Shown here: positions 38,301-46,481 of the stretch, in pieces
Layout: each line of letters begins with the position of its first letter
Numbering within the stretch: position 1 is the first letter of the stretch
NCBI GenBank assembly: GCA_963839955.1
Contig: CAWIXB010000001.1
Location: 1,235,666 to 1,299,665 of the forward strand
Direction: 5' to 3'
Origin: an uncultured Actinomycetota bacterium
Lineage (GTDB): Bacteria; Actinomycetota; Actinomycetes; JACCUZ01
DNA length: 64,000 nt
Notes under the pieces: model-generated
Databases searched by the model: none
What the model saw: only the letters and a program-made list of their open reading frames with translations
What the model was told of the DNA's origin: nothing
Translations under genes and position numbers: made by a program

Positions 38301-40450
38301 GCTACGTCGGCCTCGGCAGTCGCTCCGAGGAGTTGCTCCTCGGCGTACAGGAGCTGTTGGCCTCGCTGGGGATTGCAGGCCGGATCTACCAGGGGGGCAC
38401 CAAGTCCGCCTCATTCAGGCATACCCGCAAGGACGGCAGCGAAGCGGTTTACGGCTCCGACGGGCCGTCGTTCGATCTCCGCATCACGGGACGCTCACTG
38501 CGCGAGTTCGCCGCCCAGGTGGGCTTCACACTCGCTGCGAAGCAGAACAAGCTCACGACGGTGATCGATGACTACAAGTTCTATGGCACCGATGAGACGG
38601 TTCGTCTGATCTCGCGGGAGTCGCAAGGCTTCGAGACGACCTACAACCTCACTGAGCCGCGCAACCACTCCTACATTGTCAGTGGAATGGTTGTTGCGAA
38701 CTGCAGTGAGTACATGTCGCTCGACAACTCGTCGTGCAACCTCGCCTCGCTGAACCTGATGAAGTTCCTGCGCGACGACGACACGTTCGACGCGCCGAAG
38801 TTCGCGAAGGTCGTCGAGCTGGTCATCACCGCGATGGACATCTCGATCTGCTTCGCCGACTTCCCGACCGAGGCGATCGGCGAGACCACCCGCGCCTACC
38901 GCCAGCTCGGCATCGGCTACGCCAACCTCGGCGCGCTGCTGATGGCGACCGGCCACGGCTACGACAGCGAGGGCGGCCGGGCACTGGCGGCTTCGATCAC
39001 CTCCCTGATGACCGGCACGTCCTACAAGCGGTCGGCCGAGCTGGCCGCCGTGGTCGGCCCCTACGAGGGCTACGCGCGCAACGCCGACGCGCACCGCCGG
39101 GTGATGCGCAAGCATGCGGCGGCCAACGACGCCGTCCGCGCGCTCGACGCGATGGGCCGCGAGGTGCAGCACGAGGCCACCAAGGCGTGGGAGGCATGCC
39201 TGAAGTACGGCGAGAAGGCCGGCTGGCGCAACGCGCAGGCCAGTGTCCTCGCGCCCACCGGGACGATCAGCTTCATGATGGACACCGACACGACCGGCAT
39301 CGAGCCCGACTTCTCGCTGGTCAAGTTCAAGAAGCTGGTCGGCGGCGGGTCGATGCAGATCGTCAACCAGACCGTCCCGCGGGCGCTGCGCAAGATGGGC
39401 TACGCCGAGGAGACGATCGAGGCGATCATCGAGTACATCGCCGAGCACGGTCATGTCATCGACGCGCCCGGTCTGCGCACCGAGCACTACGAGGTGTTCG
39501 ACTGCGCGATGGGCGAGCGGGCGCTGGCACCGATGGGTCATGTGCGGATGATGGCGGCCGTGCAGCCGTTCCTGTCCGGCGCGATCTCGAAGACGGTCAA
39601 CCTGCCCGAGACGGCGACGGTCGAAGAGATCGAGGACGTCCACTTCCAGGGCTGGAAGCTCGGCCTCAAGGCGCTGGCTGTCTACCGCGACAACTGCAAG
39701 GTCGGCCAGCCGCTGTCCGACGGCAGGGGCAAGTCGGCTGAGAAGGCGGTCGAGAAGGTCGTCGAGTACCGCCCGACCCGCAAGCGGCTGCCGAAGAAGC
39801 GCCCGGCGCAGATGACGTCGTTCGCGGTCGGCGGTGCCGAGGGCTACATGACTGCGTCGTCCTACCCCGACGACGGGCTCGGCGAGATCTTCCTGAAGAT
39901 GTCGAAGCAGGGCTCGACGCTGGCCGGCGTGATGGACGCGTTCTCGATCGCGATCTCGATCGGCCTGCAGTACGGCGTGCCGCTGGAGACGTTCGTGTCG
40001 AAGTTCGTCAACATGCGCTTCGACCCGGCCGGTCTCACCGACGACCCGGACGTGCGGATGGCGCAGTCGATGATGGACTACATCTTCCGCCGGCTGGCGC
40101 TCGACTACCTCGACTTCGAGACCCGGTCGGCCTACGGCATCTACACCGCCGACGAGCGGGCCCGCCAGCTCGAGACCGGCTCCTACCAGTCGACCGAGTC
40201 CGGCGAGGACATCGAGGAGGAGCTCGAGTCGTTGGCGCAGTCGGCGCCCGTCACCGAGCACCCGGCCCCGAGCGAGTCGCCGGCGGTCAAGGAGGCGCCG
40301 CCCCAGGTGCAGTCCTCGGCCGAGCTGCTCGAGGCCATCACCGGTCAGGCATCCGACGCGCCGCTGTGCATGTCATGTGGGACGAAGATGCGCCCGGCCG
40401 GATCCTGCTACGTCTGCGAAGGGTGCGGCAGCACGAGCGGCTGCAGCTGA
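35348..40450 (+). CDS. nrdJ: adenosylcobalamin-dependent class II ribonucleotide reductase NrdJ precursor containing two inteins (mature extein about 949 aa)
   Basis: NrdJ extein blocks are present: FNSPVWFNVG…PQQVSA | CFILAVDDTMDSILNWYREEGLIFKGGSGAGLNLSRIRSSKELL…ITASNP | CSEYMSLDNSSCNLASLNL… They are followed by the C-terminal half and a Cys-rich C-terminal tail (CMSCGTKMRPAGSCYVCEGCGSTSGC). Confidence 0.9.
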   Translation: MTETSHDKPQVVQGGAGGRKAAKKLTVERIYTTEGVHPYDEVTWERRDVVQQNWKTGETIFEQRGVEFPDFWSLNASTIVTTKYFRGAVNTEARETSLRQLIDRVVKTYRAAGEEHHYFATPDDAEVFEHELTWALLHQVFSFNSPVWFNVGTSSPQQVSACQPYDALVSTPAGLVPIGKLVEDDAVGAKVYDAHGLTRIVATKDNGVKDVLRLHTKAGYALDVTADHLVWKSSGDGTGAFVPAGTLAAGDKLEWHRRDAYGESEIDLREIYEAALAGWMQSDGFVGQYSGTNRSLTLEAMTVTAAELAWVTEAIDGVFPGAHRHERPVVTQSETLDCRRTRLYGNHLKPFVRRWGLLDRGVDMVVPPQLFQAPLPVVAAYLRSVFQAEGFVSPRSASTVVEVDMISEQLIRGMQSLLLRFGIFACVGFKKDPREDRKGCWSLRIQNEGDRKAFQTEIGFIDPEKADKLTRSFDMPGRASQPTKRLEVAQIESLGAMNVYDIQTESGEYLSGNLRVHNCFILAVDDTMDSILNWYREEGLIFKGGSGAGLNLSRIRSSKELLSSGGTASGPVSFMRGADASAGTIKSGGATRRAAKMVVLDVDHPDIEEFVETKAREENKIRALRDAGFDMDLGGKDIHSVQYQNANNSVRVTDEFMRAVEQGEDFGLRARGSGDVVETVDARELWKKIAMAAWECADPGIQYDDTINDWHTNPETGRITASNPCFPADQRVVTDKGLVPIGELVQRAATGEAFEVYTNDVTSQDDAVSRVVASRPVRYMVTGTNEILELRFSDGSRLRCTPGHRLWTRNRGWVHAEDLDAADELVRSFEYAGRSMASLALPLAARDVARRAARLSLPVKWDEDIAHYLGWITGDGCLTATTATTVYGNKQEQRDVLPRHSKLLAGWTGFDAKPSLQANSTQQLRSAKKDVVSFLQGLGITSGRAGDKRVPTSIYEAPEDALVAFLQGLFDADGCVVDQAANGTRYVGLGSRSEELLLGVQELLASLGIAGRIYQGGTKSASFRHTRKDGSEAVYGSDGPSFDLRITGRSLREFAAQVGFTLAAKQNKLTTVIDDYKFYGTDETVRLISRESQGFETTYNLTEPRNHSYIVSGMVVANCSEYMSLDNSSCNLASLNLMKFLRDDDTFDAPKFAKVVELVITAMDISICFADFPTEAIGETTRAYRQLGIGYANLGALLMATGHGYDSEGGRALAASITSLMTGTSYKRSAELAAVVGPYEGYARNADAHRRVMRKHAAANDAVRALDAMGREVQHEATKAWEACLKYGEKAGWRNAQASVLAPTGTISFMMDTDTTGIEPDFSLVKFKKLVGGGSMQIVNQTVPRALRKMGYAEETIEAIIEYIAEHGHVIDAPGLRTEHYEVFDCAMGERALAPMGHVRMMAAVQPFLSGAISKTVNLPETATVEEIEDVHFQGWKLGLKALAVYRDNCKVGQPLSDGRGKSAEKAVEKVVEYRPTRKRLPKKRPAQMTSFAVGGAEGYMTASSYPDDGLGEIFLKMSKQGSTLAGVMDAFSIAISIGLQYGVPLETFVSKFVNMRFDPAGLTDDPDVRMAQSMMDYIFRRLALDYLDFETRSAYGIYTADERARQLETGSYQSTESGEDIEEELESLAQSAPVTEHPAPSESPAVKEAPPQVQSSAELLEAITGQASDAPLCMSCGTKMRPAGSCYVCEGCGSTSGCS
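35831..36901 (+). mobile_element. intein 1 in NrdJ (357 aa) with a LAGLIDADG homing-endonuclease domain
   Basis: It starts Cys (CQPYDALVSTPAGLVPIGKL) and ends …GNLRVHN, followed by +1 Cys. The dodecapeptide motifs are LAGWMQSDGFVG and AAYLRSVFQAEGFV. It sits within the conserved VSAC|FIL active-site region. Confidence 0.85.
37520..38701 (+). mobile_element. intein 2 in NrdJ (394 aa) with a LAGLIDADG homing-endonuclease domain
   Basis: It starts Cys (CFPADQRVVTDKGLVPIGEL) and ends …YIVSGMVVAN, followed by +1 Cys. The motifs are HYLGWITGDGCL and LVAFLQGLFDADGCV. It interrupts the conserved TASNPC|SEY region. The penultimate residue is Ala rather than His. Confidence 0.8.
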
Positions 40451-40461
40451 CATCGTCGCGC

Positions 40462-40493
40462 CGCCCCGGTCGCGTGCACTGGCGACCGGGGCG
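40462..40493 (+). terminator. GC hairpin terminator after nrdJ
   Basis: Read directly: cgccccggtcgc-gtgcactg-gcgaccggggcg. It forms a perfect 12-bp stem 12 nt after the stop. Confidence 0.5.
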
Positions 40494-40528
40494 GCGTGCC
40501 GTCCGCAGGTCACTGGTGCTTGCGGCAT

Positions 40529-40636
40529 CTAGCGCTTGCGCTTGAGGGCCACCATGACCATCGCTACGACTAGCACGATGCCGATGGCGAGTCCACCGCC
40601 GAGAGCCGGAGGCCGGTCGATGGCAGCTCGTCGCAT
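40529..40636 (-). CDS. possible 35-aa small membrane protein (MRRAAIDRPPALGGGLAIGIVLVVAMVMVALKRKR)
   Basis: It has an ATG start, a single hydrophobic helix and a KRKR tail. It is short, and in GC-rich DNA this is weak evidence. Confidence 0.25.
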   Translation of the reverse strand: MRRAAIDRPPALGGGLAIGIVLVVAMVMVALKRKR

Positions 40637-40767
40637 CACTCCGATGACGGCGGCGCTGCGCCGCATTCTCGTCGCGCACGGGGTGGCCCAGCGCACCGGG
40701 ATCCCGGTAACGGAGGTTCTCGCCCGGGGGTACGGCGTCCGCGACGGCCCACCCGTCCCGGCGCGAC

Positions 40768-41067
40768 GTGCTCAAGGCCGCCGGAGCCGTTGTCGCCGGC
40801 GCCACCCTCGGCGGCATACTGCCGGCCCGCCGCGCGAACGCGGCGACCAACCCGAGCGCCATTGTGGTCGGCGCGGGGCTGGCCGGGCTGCGCGCCGCGC
40901 ACTACCTGTGGCGGGTGAAGGGCATCTCCGCCGCCGTCTACGCGGGCAATACCCGGGCCGGTGGGCGCTGCTGTTCCCTGCGGGACTACTTCCCCGGGCT
41001 GGTCGCTCACGTGTCCGAGACGGGCGCACGCCGCTGCGGGCCGCGATCACTCCGGGCTGGTCAGTGA
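40768..41067 (+). pseudogene. N-terminal fragment (about 100 aa) of a Tat-secreted flavin amine-oxidase-family gene
   Basis: The twin-arginine-like leader is RRDVLKAAGAVVAGATLGG. The FAD-binding GxGxxG region is IVVGAGLAGLRAAHYL, with …GGRC… after it. The ORF then terminates, whereas normal length is 450 aa or more. Confidence 0.45.
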
Positions 41068-41099
41068 CGACGAGGCGAGCGCCCAGTTCCTCGACAGCT

Positions 41100-41867
41100 T
41101 CACCAGGCGTCATCGGCCCGAGGACGTCTTCAGCGCGGCGCGCACGAGGCAGTGGCGGACGGTGTGGACCTACCAGGAGGGGCTGCACGAGCTGCGCCAC
41201 CTGATCGAGGAGGTGAGCGACGAGGACCTGCTCGCACGTGTCCCGGCTTGCCCGGACTGGAACGTAGCGGAGCTCGCGGCCCACCTGGCTGGTGTCGCCG
41301 CCGACTCGGCCCGAGGTGCGTACTTCGGCGGCGCTGCAGGCCTGGCAGGACCCGGTGATCGCCGGCGCACGTGACGAGTGGACGGCGGGGCCACCTCGAG
41401 AGCCACTCCGGCCGGACGCGCGCTCTGCTGCTGCGCGACCTCGAGGTCCATGGCAGCAACCTTGTGGCGGCCATGCGTCGGGGCGACCAGGTGTCCGCGG
41501 ACGGGTCGCCCGCGATGGCTCTCGCGCCACTCGGAGATCTCGCGGTCCACCTGGCCGACCTGCGCGAGGCACTGGGCCTCCCGGCCGACAAGACGGTCCG
41601 GTCGCCGGGTCGGGGTTCGCGCTCTACCGCGACTGGCTGGCCGAGCGGCTCCGGCACTGCGGGCTGCCGGCGCTGCGGCTCGACACGGGCCAGAAGGAGT
41701 GGGTCGTCGGCGAGGGTGAGCCCGCCGCGACCGTCACCGCGTCCGGCTACGAGCTGTTCCGCATGATCAGTGGGCGACGGAGCGCGCGGGACATCGTCTT
41801 CCGCACGTGGACGGGCGACCCCACGCCGTACCTGCCGGTCATCGCGCCGTACCCACTGCCCGCCTGA
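41100..41867 (+). pseudogene. TIGR03083-like (mycothiol-dependent maleylpyruvate-isomerase N-terminal domain / DinB-fold) gene disrupted by two frameshifts
   Basis: Three consecutive frames carry plausible protein. They read …LLARVPACPDWNVAELAAHLAG…, then …RALLLRDLEVHGSNLVAAMRRGDQVS…LAVHLADLREALGLPADKTV…, then …LYRDWLAERLRHCGLPALRLDTG…ELFRMISGRRSARDIVFRTWTGDPTPYLPVIAPY. Confidence 0.5.
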
Positions 41868-41876
41868 GCGGCTCTG

Positions 41877-44093
41877 TCAGAGCTTGGACTCGGATGGCAC
41901 GTCCGACGGCGTCCGCTGGCGGCCGATGGCGTCGCGGAGGTCGAACTCGTCGTCAGTGATCTCGTGACCTTCGACGTGGACGTTCGGGAGCAGCCGGTCG
42001 AGCCAGCCCGGGAGCCACCAGTTGCGGTCGCCGAGGAGCTCCATGGTGGCCGGCACCAGCACCATGCGGACAAGAGTGGCGTCGACGAGGACGGCGGTGG
42101 CCAACCCGATGCCGAACATCTTGCCGAGCACGGCGTCGCCGAGCGCGAACGAGATGAAGACGGTGACCATGACGGCGGCGCCGGCAGTGATGACCCTGGC
42201 GGACTTGGCCAGGCCGTCGGCGACCGCGAGCGCGTTGTCGCCGGTCCGGTCGTACTCCTCCTTGATGCGTGACAGCAGGAAGACCTCGTAGTCCATCGAC
42301 AGCCCGAACAGGACCGCGAAGATGCCGATCGGCAGCTGAATGGGTATCGGTGTCTCCTCCGGGATGCCCACCAATTCGCCGAGCGGGCCGCCGCTGACAG
42401 CGAGGGCCAGCACGCCGAAGGCCACCGAGGTCGCCAACAGGTTCATGACCACGGCCTTGATCGGTACGACGACCGAGCGGAACACGATCAGCAGCAGCAC
42501 GAACGACATCAACAGCACGCCGCCGAAGAAGTAGAGCAGCCGGTCGATCGTGCCGCGGGTCGTGTCGAGGTTGGCAGCCACCGACCCGCCGACGTCCACG
42601 GTGAGGCCGGTGCCCGCGACAGCGGCCGGGATGCTCTGGTCACGCAGCCGATCGACCAGGTCATTGGTGGCCTCGTCCTGCGGCGACGTGGTGGGCACGA
42701 CGCGCAGCAGCGCGACGTCACCCGCCGGGTTGAGGACGGCGGGCTCGACCAGGGCCACGCCGTCGACCGCGCGCAACTGGTCGCCGACTGTGTCGGTGGC
42801 AGTCTGCAGCACGTCGTCCGACTGTCCCTGGACGGTGAGGAGCAACGGCGCCGAGTAGCCCGGGCCGAACCCGTCGGCGAGCAGGTCGTACGCCTGGCGG
42901 GTGGTGAAGCTGGGTGGGTCGCTCTTGGCGTCGGGGAAGCCGAAGCGGATGCCCAGGAAGGGCGCAGCCAGCGCCAGCATGACAACGAGTGCACCGATCG
43001 CGGCAACCCAGGGCCGGCGCTGGATGAACCGGCTCCAGCGGTACCAGCGCGTTGTGTCGTAGGCCTGCGGTTCCTTGCTCACGAACGGCACGTGGAGGCG
43101 CTCGATGTTGCGACCGGCGAACCCGAGCATGGCCGGCAGCAGGGTCACCGAGACGGCCATGACGATGAGCACGGCCGGGATCACGGCGAAGGCGAACCCG
43201 GTCATCGACGGCTGGCCCATGAGCAGGATGCCGAGCATCGAGATGACGACGGTGAGCCCGGCGAACAGGGCGGCACGGCCTGCCGTCGCGATCGCCGTCA
43301 GGGTGGCGCGATGTGGGTCCTGCCCTTGGGCGAGGCTGCTGCGGAACCTGGTGACGATGAGCAGCGCGTAGTCGATGCCGATCCCGATGCCGATCATCGC
43401 GGCCGTGGGGGGAGCCCAGTCCGGAACGTCGACAACGCGCATCACGAGCGCACCGAGGGCAGTGGCGATGCCGAGGCCGAACAGCGCGGTGAGCAGCGGC
43501 AGCCCCATCGCGACCGCGGAGCCGAAGGTGAACAGCAAGATGATCGCCGCGGCGAGGAACCCGATGCCTTCGGAGCCGACCGGTGCGACTTGGGACAGGG
43601 CAGCGACCGGGCCGCCTGCCTCGACCTGCAGGGTGCCGTTGCCGGCGGCAAGGACCGGCTCGACCAGGGCCTTGGCCTCGTCGACCGTGAACTCGTTGTC
43701 CTTCTTGTCGAGTGCGATGTCGGCGTACGCGGTCGTTCCGTCCTCGGAGATCTGGCCGGAGCCGGCGTCCGTGAACGGGCTGGTGACGCCGACGACGTGC
43801 GGCTCGTCAGCCACGTCGGCGAAGACCTTCTCCGCCTGCGCCTGTACGTCGGGTGTGGTGACGCCGGCTGCCGAGTGGACCACGATCTGCATGGTGTCGC
43901 CGGCTCGCTGCGGGAAGCTCTCGGTGAGGGTGTCCGAAGCGACCTTCGACTCAGACCCGGGCTGGAGGTAGTTCTGCCGGAGCTCCCCACCGAACGCGCC
44001 CGCCAGCGCGAACGACCCCACCAGGGCGACGATCCACGCGAAGACGACCAGGCGACGCCGTCGGTAGCAGAGGTCAGCAAGGCGTACCAACAT
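41877..44093 (-). CDS. MMPL-family (RND superfamily) membrane transporter
   Basis: There are about 12 TM helices and two periplasmic loops, in a pattern typical of MmpL. ATG 44093 has a GAGGAG RBS. Confidence 0.85.
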   Translation of the reverse strand: MLVRLADLCYRRRRLVVFAWIVALVGSFALAGAFGGELRQNYLQPGSESKVASDTLTESFPQRAGDTMQIVVHSAAGVTTPDVQAQAEKVFADVADEPHVVGVTSPFTDAGSGQISEDGTTAYADIALDKKDNEFTVDEAKALVEPVLAAGNGTLQVEAGGPVAALSQVAPVGSEGIGFLAAAIILLFTFGSAVAMGLPLLTALFGLGIATALGALVMRVVDVPDWAPPTAAMIGIGIGIDYALLIVTRFRSSLAQGQDPHRATLTAIATAGRAALFAGLTVVISMLGILLMGQPSMTGFAFAVIPAVLIVMAVSVTLLPAMLGFAGRNIERLHVPFVSKEPQAYDTTRWYRWSRFIQRRPWVAAIGALVVMLALAAPFLGIRFGFPDAKSDPPSFTTRQAYDLLADGFGPGYSAPLLLTVQGQSDDVLQTATDTVGDQLRAVDGVALVEPAVLNPAGDVALLRVVPTTSPQDEATNDLVDRLRDQSIPAAVAGTGLTVDVGGSVAANLDTTRGTIDRLLYFFGGVLLMSFVLLLIVFRSVVVPIKAVVMNLLATSVAFGVLALAVSGGPLGELVGIPEETPIPIQLPIGIFAVLFGLSMDYEVFLLSRIKEEYDRTGDNALAVADGLAKSARVITAGAAVMVTVFISFALGDAVLGKMFGIGLATAVLVDATLVRMVLVPATMELLGDRNWWLPGWLDRLLPNVHVEGHEITDDEFDLRDAIGRQRTPSDVPSESKL

Positions 44094-44378
44094 CCGGTGC
44101 TCCTCAAGTCGGTGAGGACGTCTAGTGACGCCGGCGCGTAGCACGCGATCGAGAGTCGCAAGGGCGCGGTGCGCTTGGCCTACCCGTGATCACCAACGTA
44201 CGCGGATTGACCGAGGGTGTCGGGTATTCGCCGCTGATCACTTCTGCAGGCTTTGTGTACGTCGTCTGAACGGTCTTGACAGCGATCTGCGCGCTGCAGG
44301 AGTGTGACAGACGTGACAATCCGGACATACGGGGTAACTCGCCGCATCCGGGCACACCGAGTCGAGGGGATCGCGCTC

Positions 44379-46469
44379 ATGCCCGTCAACCGCCCGCATC
44401 GTCCCGCGCCCGTCATCGGGCGTACCGGCAGCATCGGCAGCCTGTTTGCCGCCGTGGCTCTGGCCCTGGCGACCGTCGTCGTCCCGCCGGGCGGCGCCGT
44501 TCCGGCGCGCGCGCTCGACGACGGCCTGGCCCGGACCCCGCCGATGGGCTTCAACGACTGGAACGCGTTCGGCTGCGACGTCACCGAGCAGCTCATCAAG
44601 GACACCGCGGACCTGTTCGTCTCGACGGGTCTGAAGGACGCGGGCTACGAGTACGTCAACATCGACGACTGCTGGATGACTCACGAGCGAGACCCAGAGA
44701 CCGGCCGCCTGGTGCCCGACCCGGTCAAGTTCCCCTCCGGCATCGACGGCACCGCCGACTACGTCCACGCCAAGGGACTCAAGCTAGGCATCTACGAGGA
44801 CGCCGGCACCGAGACGTGTGCGGGCTACCCGGGCAGCCTCGGCCACGAGGAGATCGACGCGCAGACCTTCGCCGACTGGGGCGTCGACTACCTCAAGTAC
44901 GACAACTGCAACAACGCCGGTAGCAGCACGCAGGAGGAGTACATCGAGCGCTACACCGCGATGCGCGACGCCCTCAAGGCGACCGGTCGCGACATCGTCT
45001 ACAGCATCTGCGAGTGGGGGACGAGCCGGCCGTGGGAGTGGGCCGACAAGGTCGGTCACCTGTGGCGGACCACCGGCGACATCAGCGACAACTGGTCGAG
45101 CATGCTCTCGCTCTTCAAGCAGAACGCACCGCTCGCGCAGTACGCCAAGCCCGGCGCCTGGAACGACCCCGACATGCTCGAGGTCGGCAACGGCGGCATG
45201 ACCGACACCGAGTACCGCAGCCACTTCTCGCTGTGGGCGATCATGGCCGCGCCGCTGCTCATCGGCACCGACCTGCGCGAGGCGACGCCGGAGACGATGG
45301 AAATCTACCTGAACAAGGACGTCATCGCGGTCGACCAGGACCCGCTGGGCAAGCAGGGTGTCGAGATCGTCAACTCCGGCGGGCGGCACGTCCTGGCCAA
45401 GCCGCTCGCCAATGGCGACGTCGCGGTGGCGCTGTTCAACGAGACCAGCTCGCCGACGACGATCACCACGACGGCCGCTGCCGCTGGGGCACGCAAGGCG
45501 CCGGCGTACGTGCTGCAGGACCTCTGGAGCAAGAAGAAGACCGAGACGGCGGGCACCATCACCGCCAACGTCCCAGCGCACGGCACCGTGATGTACCGCG
45601 TCTCGCAGCCGCGGGACTGGGACCAGAACGCCCCGTCCACGTCCCTGTCGGTGGACAAGGCAGCCGCCTACGACGGCGGCCCGGTCGTCGTGCACCCGGG
45701 CCGTGACGAGCAGGTCGGCACGACGCTGACCAATTCCGGTCGCGCGCCGGTCAGCGACGCGGCCGTCACCCTCACCGCCCCGGACGGGTGGGCGGTGCGT
45801 GCGACGTCACCGAGGACTCGCAAGGAAATACCGACCGACAAGGCGCTGTCGACGCAGTGGTCGGTAGCGGTGCCGGCCGACGCCGAGCCGGGGTCGTACA
45901 CGCTGTCGGCCACCGCGGCGTACAGCTGGAAGAAGCCGAGCAAGCCACCGAAGCCAGGTGCGCCGGGCATCAGCGAGACCGTGCACGGCGCGCTGCAGGT
46001 GCTGGTGCCCGAGGCCCCGCCGTCCGGCTCGCCATGGCTGTCCGACCTCACGTGGACCTCGGTCAGCAATGGCTGGGGCCCGGCCGAGCTCGACACGAGC
46101 AACGGCGAGCAGCCGGCGGGTGACGGGAATCCGATCACCATCGGCGGGGTGACCTACGAGAAGGGCCTGGGCGTGCACGCTGCGAGCGAGGTCGTCTACT
46201 ACCTCGGTGGGAACTGCTCGTCGTTCACCAGCGATGTCGGACTCGACGACGAGAAGGACAGCAACCGGGCCGGCCTGGTGTCCTTCCAGGTGTACGCCGA
46301 CGGTGACCTGGTGGCCGACAGCGGGGAGATGACGTGGGAGGACGCCGCGAAGACCCTCACCGCGTCGACGCTGGGAGCAGACTTCCTACGGCTCGTGGTC
46401 GACACGGAGGGCAGCACCAACTCCGACCATGCCGACTGGGCGGGCGCGAAGCTCGCCTGCGACGTGTAG
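44379..46469 (+). CDS. secreted alpha-galactosidase (GH27) with a C-terminal NPCBM carbohydrate-binding module
   Basis: The signal peptide is followed by a GH27 catalytic core (DDCW, KYDNC, CEWG). The C-terminus carries …SNGWGPAELDTSNGE…ITIGGVTYEKGLGVHAASEVVYYLGGNCSSFTSDVGLDDE (NPCBM). Confidence 0.85.
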   Translation: MPVNRPHRPAPVIGRTGSIGSLFAAVALALATVVVPPGGAVPARALDDGLARTPPMGFNDWNAFGCDVTEQLIKDTADLFVSTGLKDAGYEYVNIDDCWMTHERDPETGRLVPDPVKFPSGIDGTADYVHAKGLKLGIYEDAGTETCAGYPGSLGHEEIDAQTFADWGVDYLKYDNCNNAGSSTQEEYIERYTAMRDALKATGRDIVYSICEWGTSRPWEWADKVGHLWRTTGDISDNWSSMLSLFKQNAPLAQYAKPGAWNDPDMLEVGNGGMTDTEYRSHFSLWAIMAAPLLIGTDLREATPETMEIYLNKDVIAVDQDPLGKQGVEIVNSGGRHVLAKPLANGDVAVALFNETSSPTTITTTAAAAGARKAPAYVLQDLWSKKKTETAGTITANVPAHGTVMYRVSQPRDWDQNAPSTSLSVDKAAAYDGGPVVVHPGRDEQVGTTLTNSGRAPVSDAAVTLTAPDGWAVRATSPRTRKEIPTDKALSTQWSVAVPADAEPGSYTLSATAAYSWKKPSKPPKPGAPGISETVHGALQVLVPEAPPSGSPWLSDLTWTSVSNGWGPAELDTSNGEQPAGDGNPITIGGVTYEKGLGVHAASEVVYYLGGNCSSFTSDVGLDDEKDSNRAGLVSFQVYADGDLVADSGEMTWEDAAKTLTASTLGADFLRLVVDTEGSTNSDHADWAGAKLACDV

Positions 46470-46481
46470 TCGGCCGCGGGC

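Noticed and set aside
38495-40261. 588-aa minus-strand ORF inside nrdJ, plus 36671..38047 (458 aa)
   Set aside because: They are antisense to nrdJ extein and intein sequence. They are GC-frame artefacts.
44145-44378. Operator-like TGACAG / GTGATCA repeats upstream of the alpha-galactosidase gene
   Set aside because: They are short, imperfect and lack a cognate regulator gene nearby. They are not distinguishable from chance.
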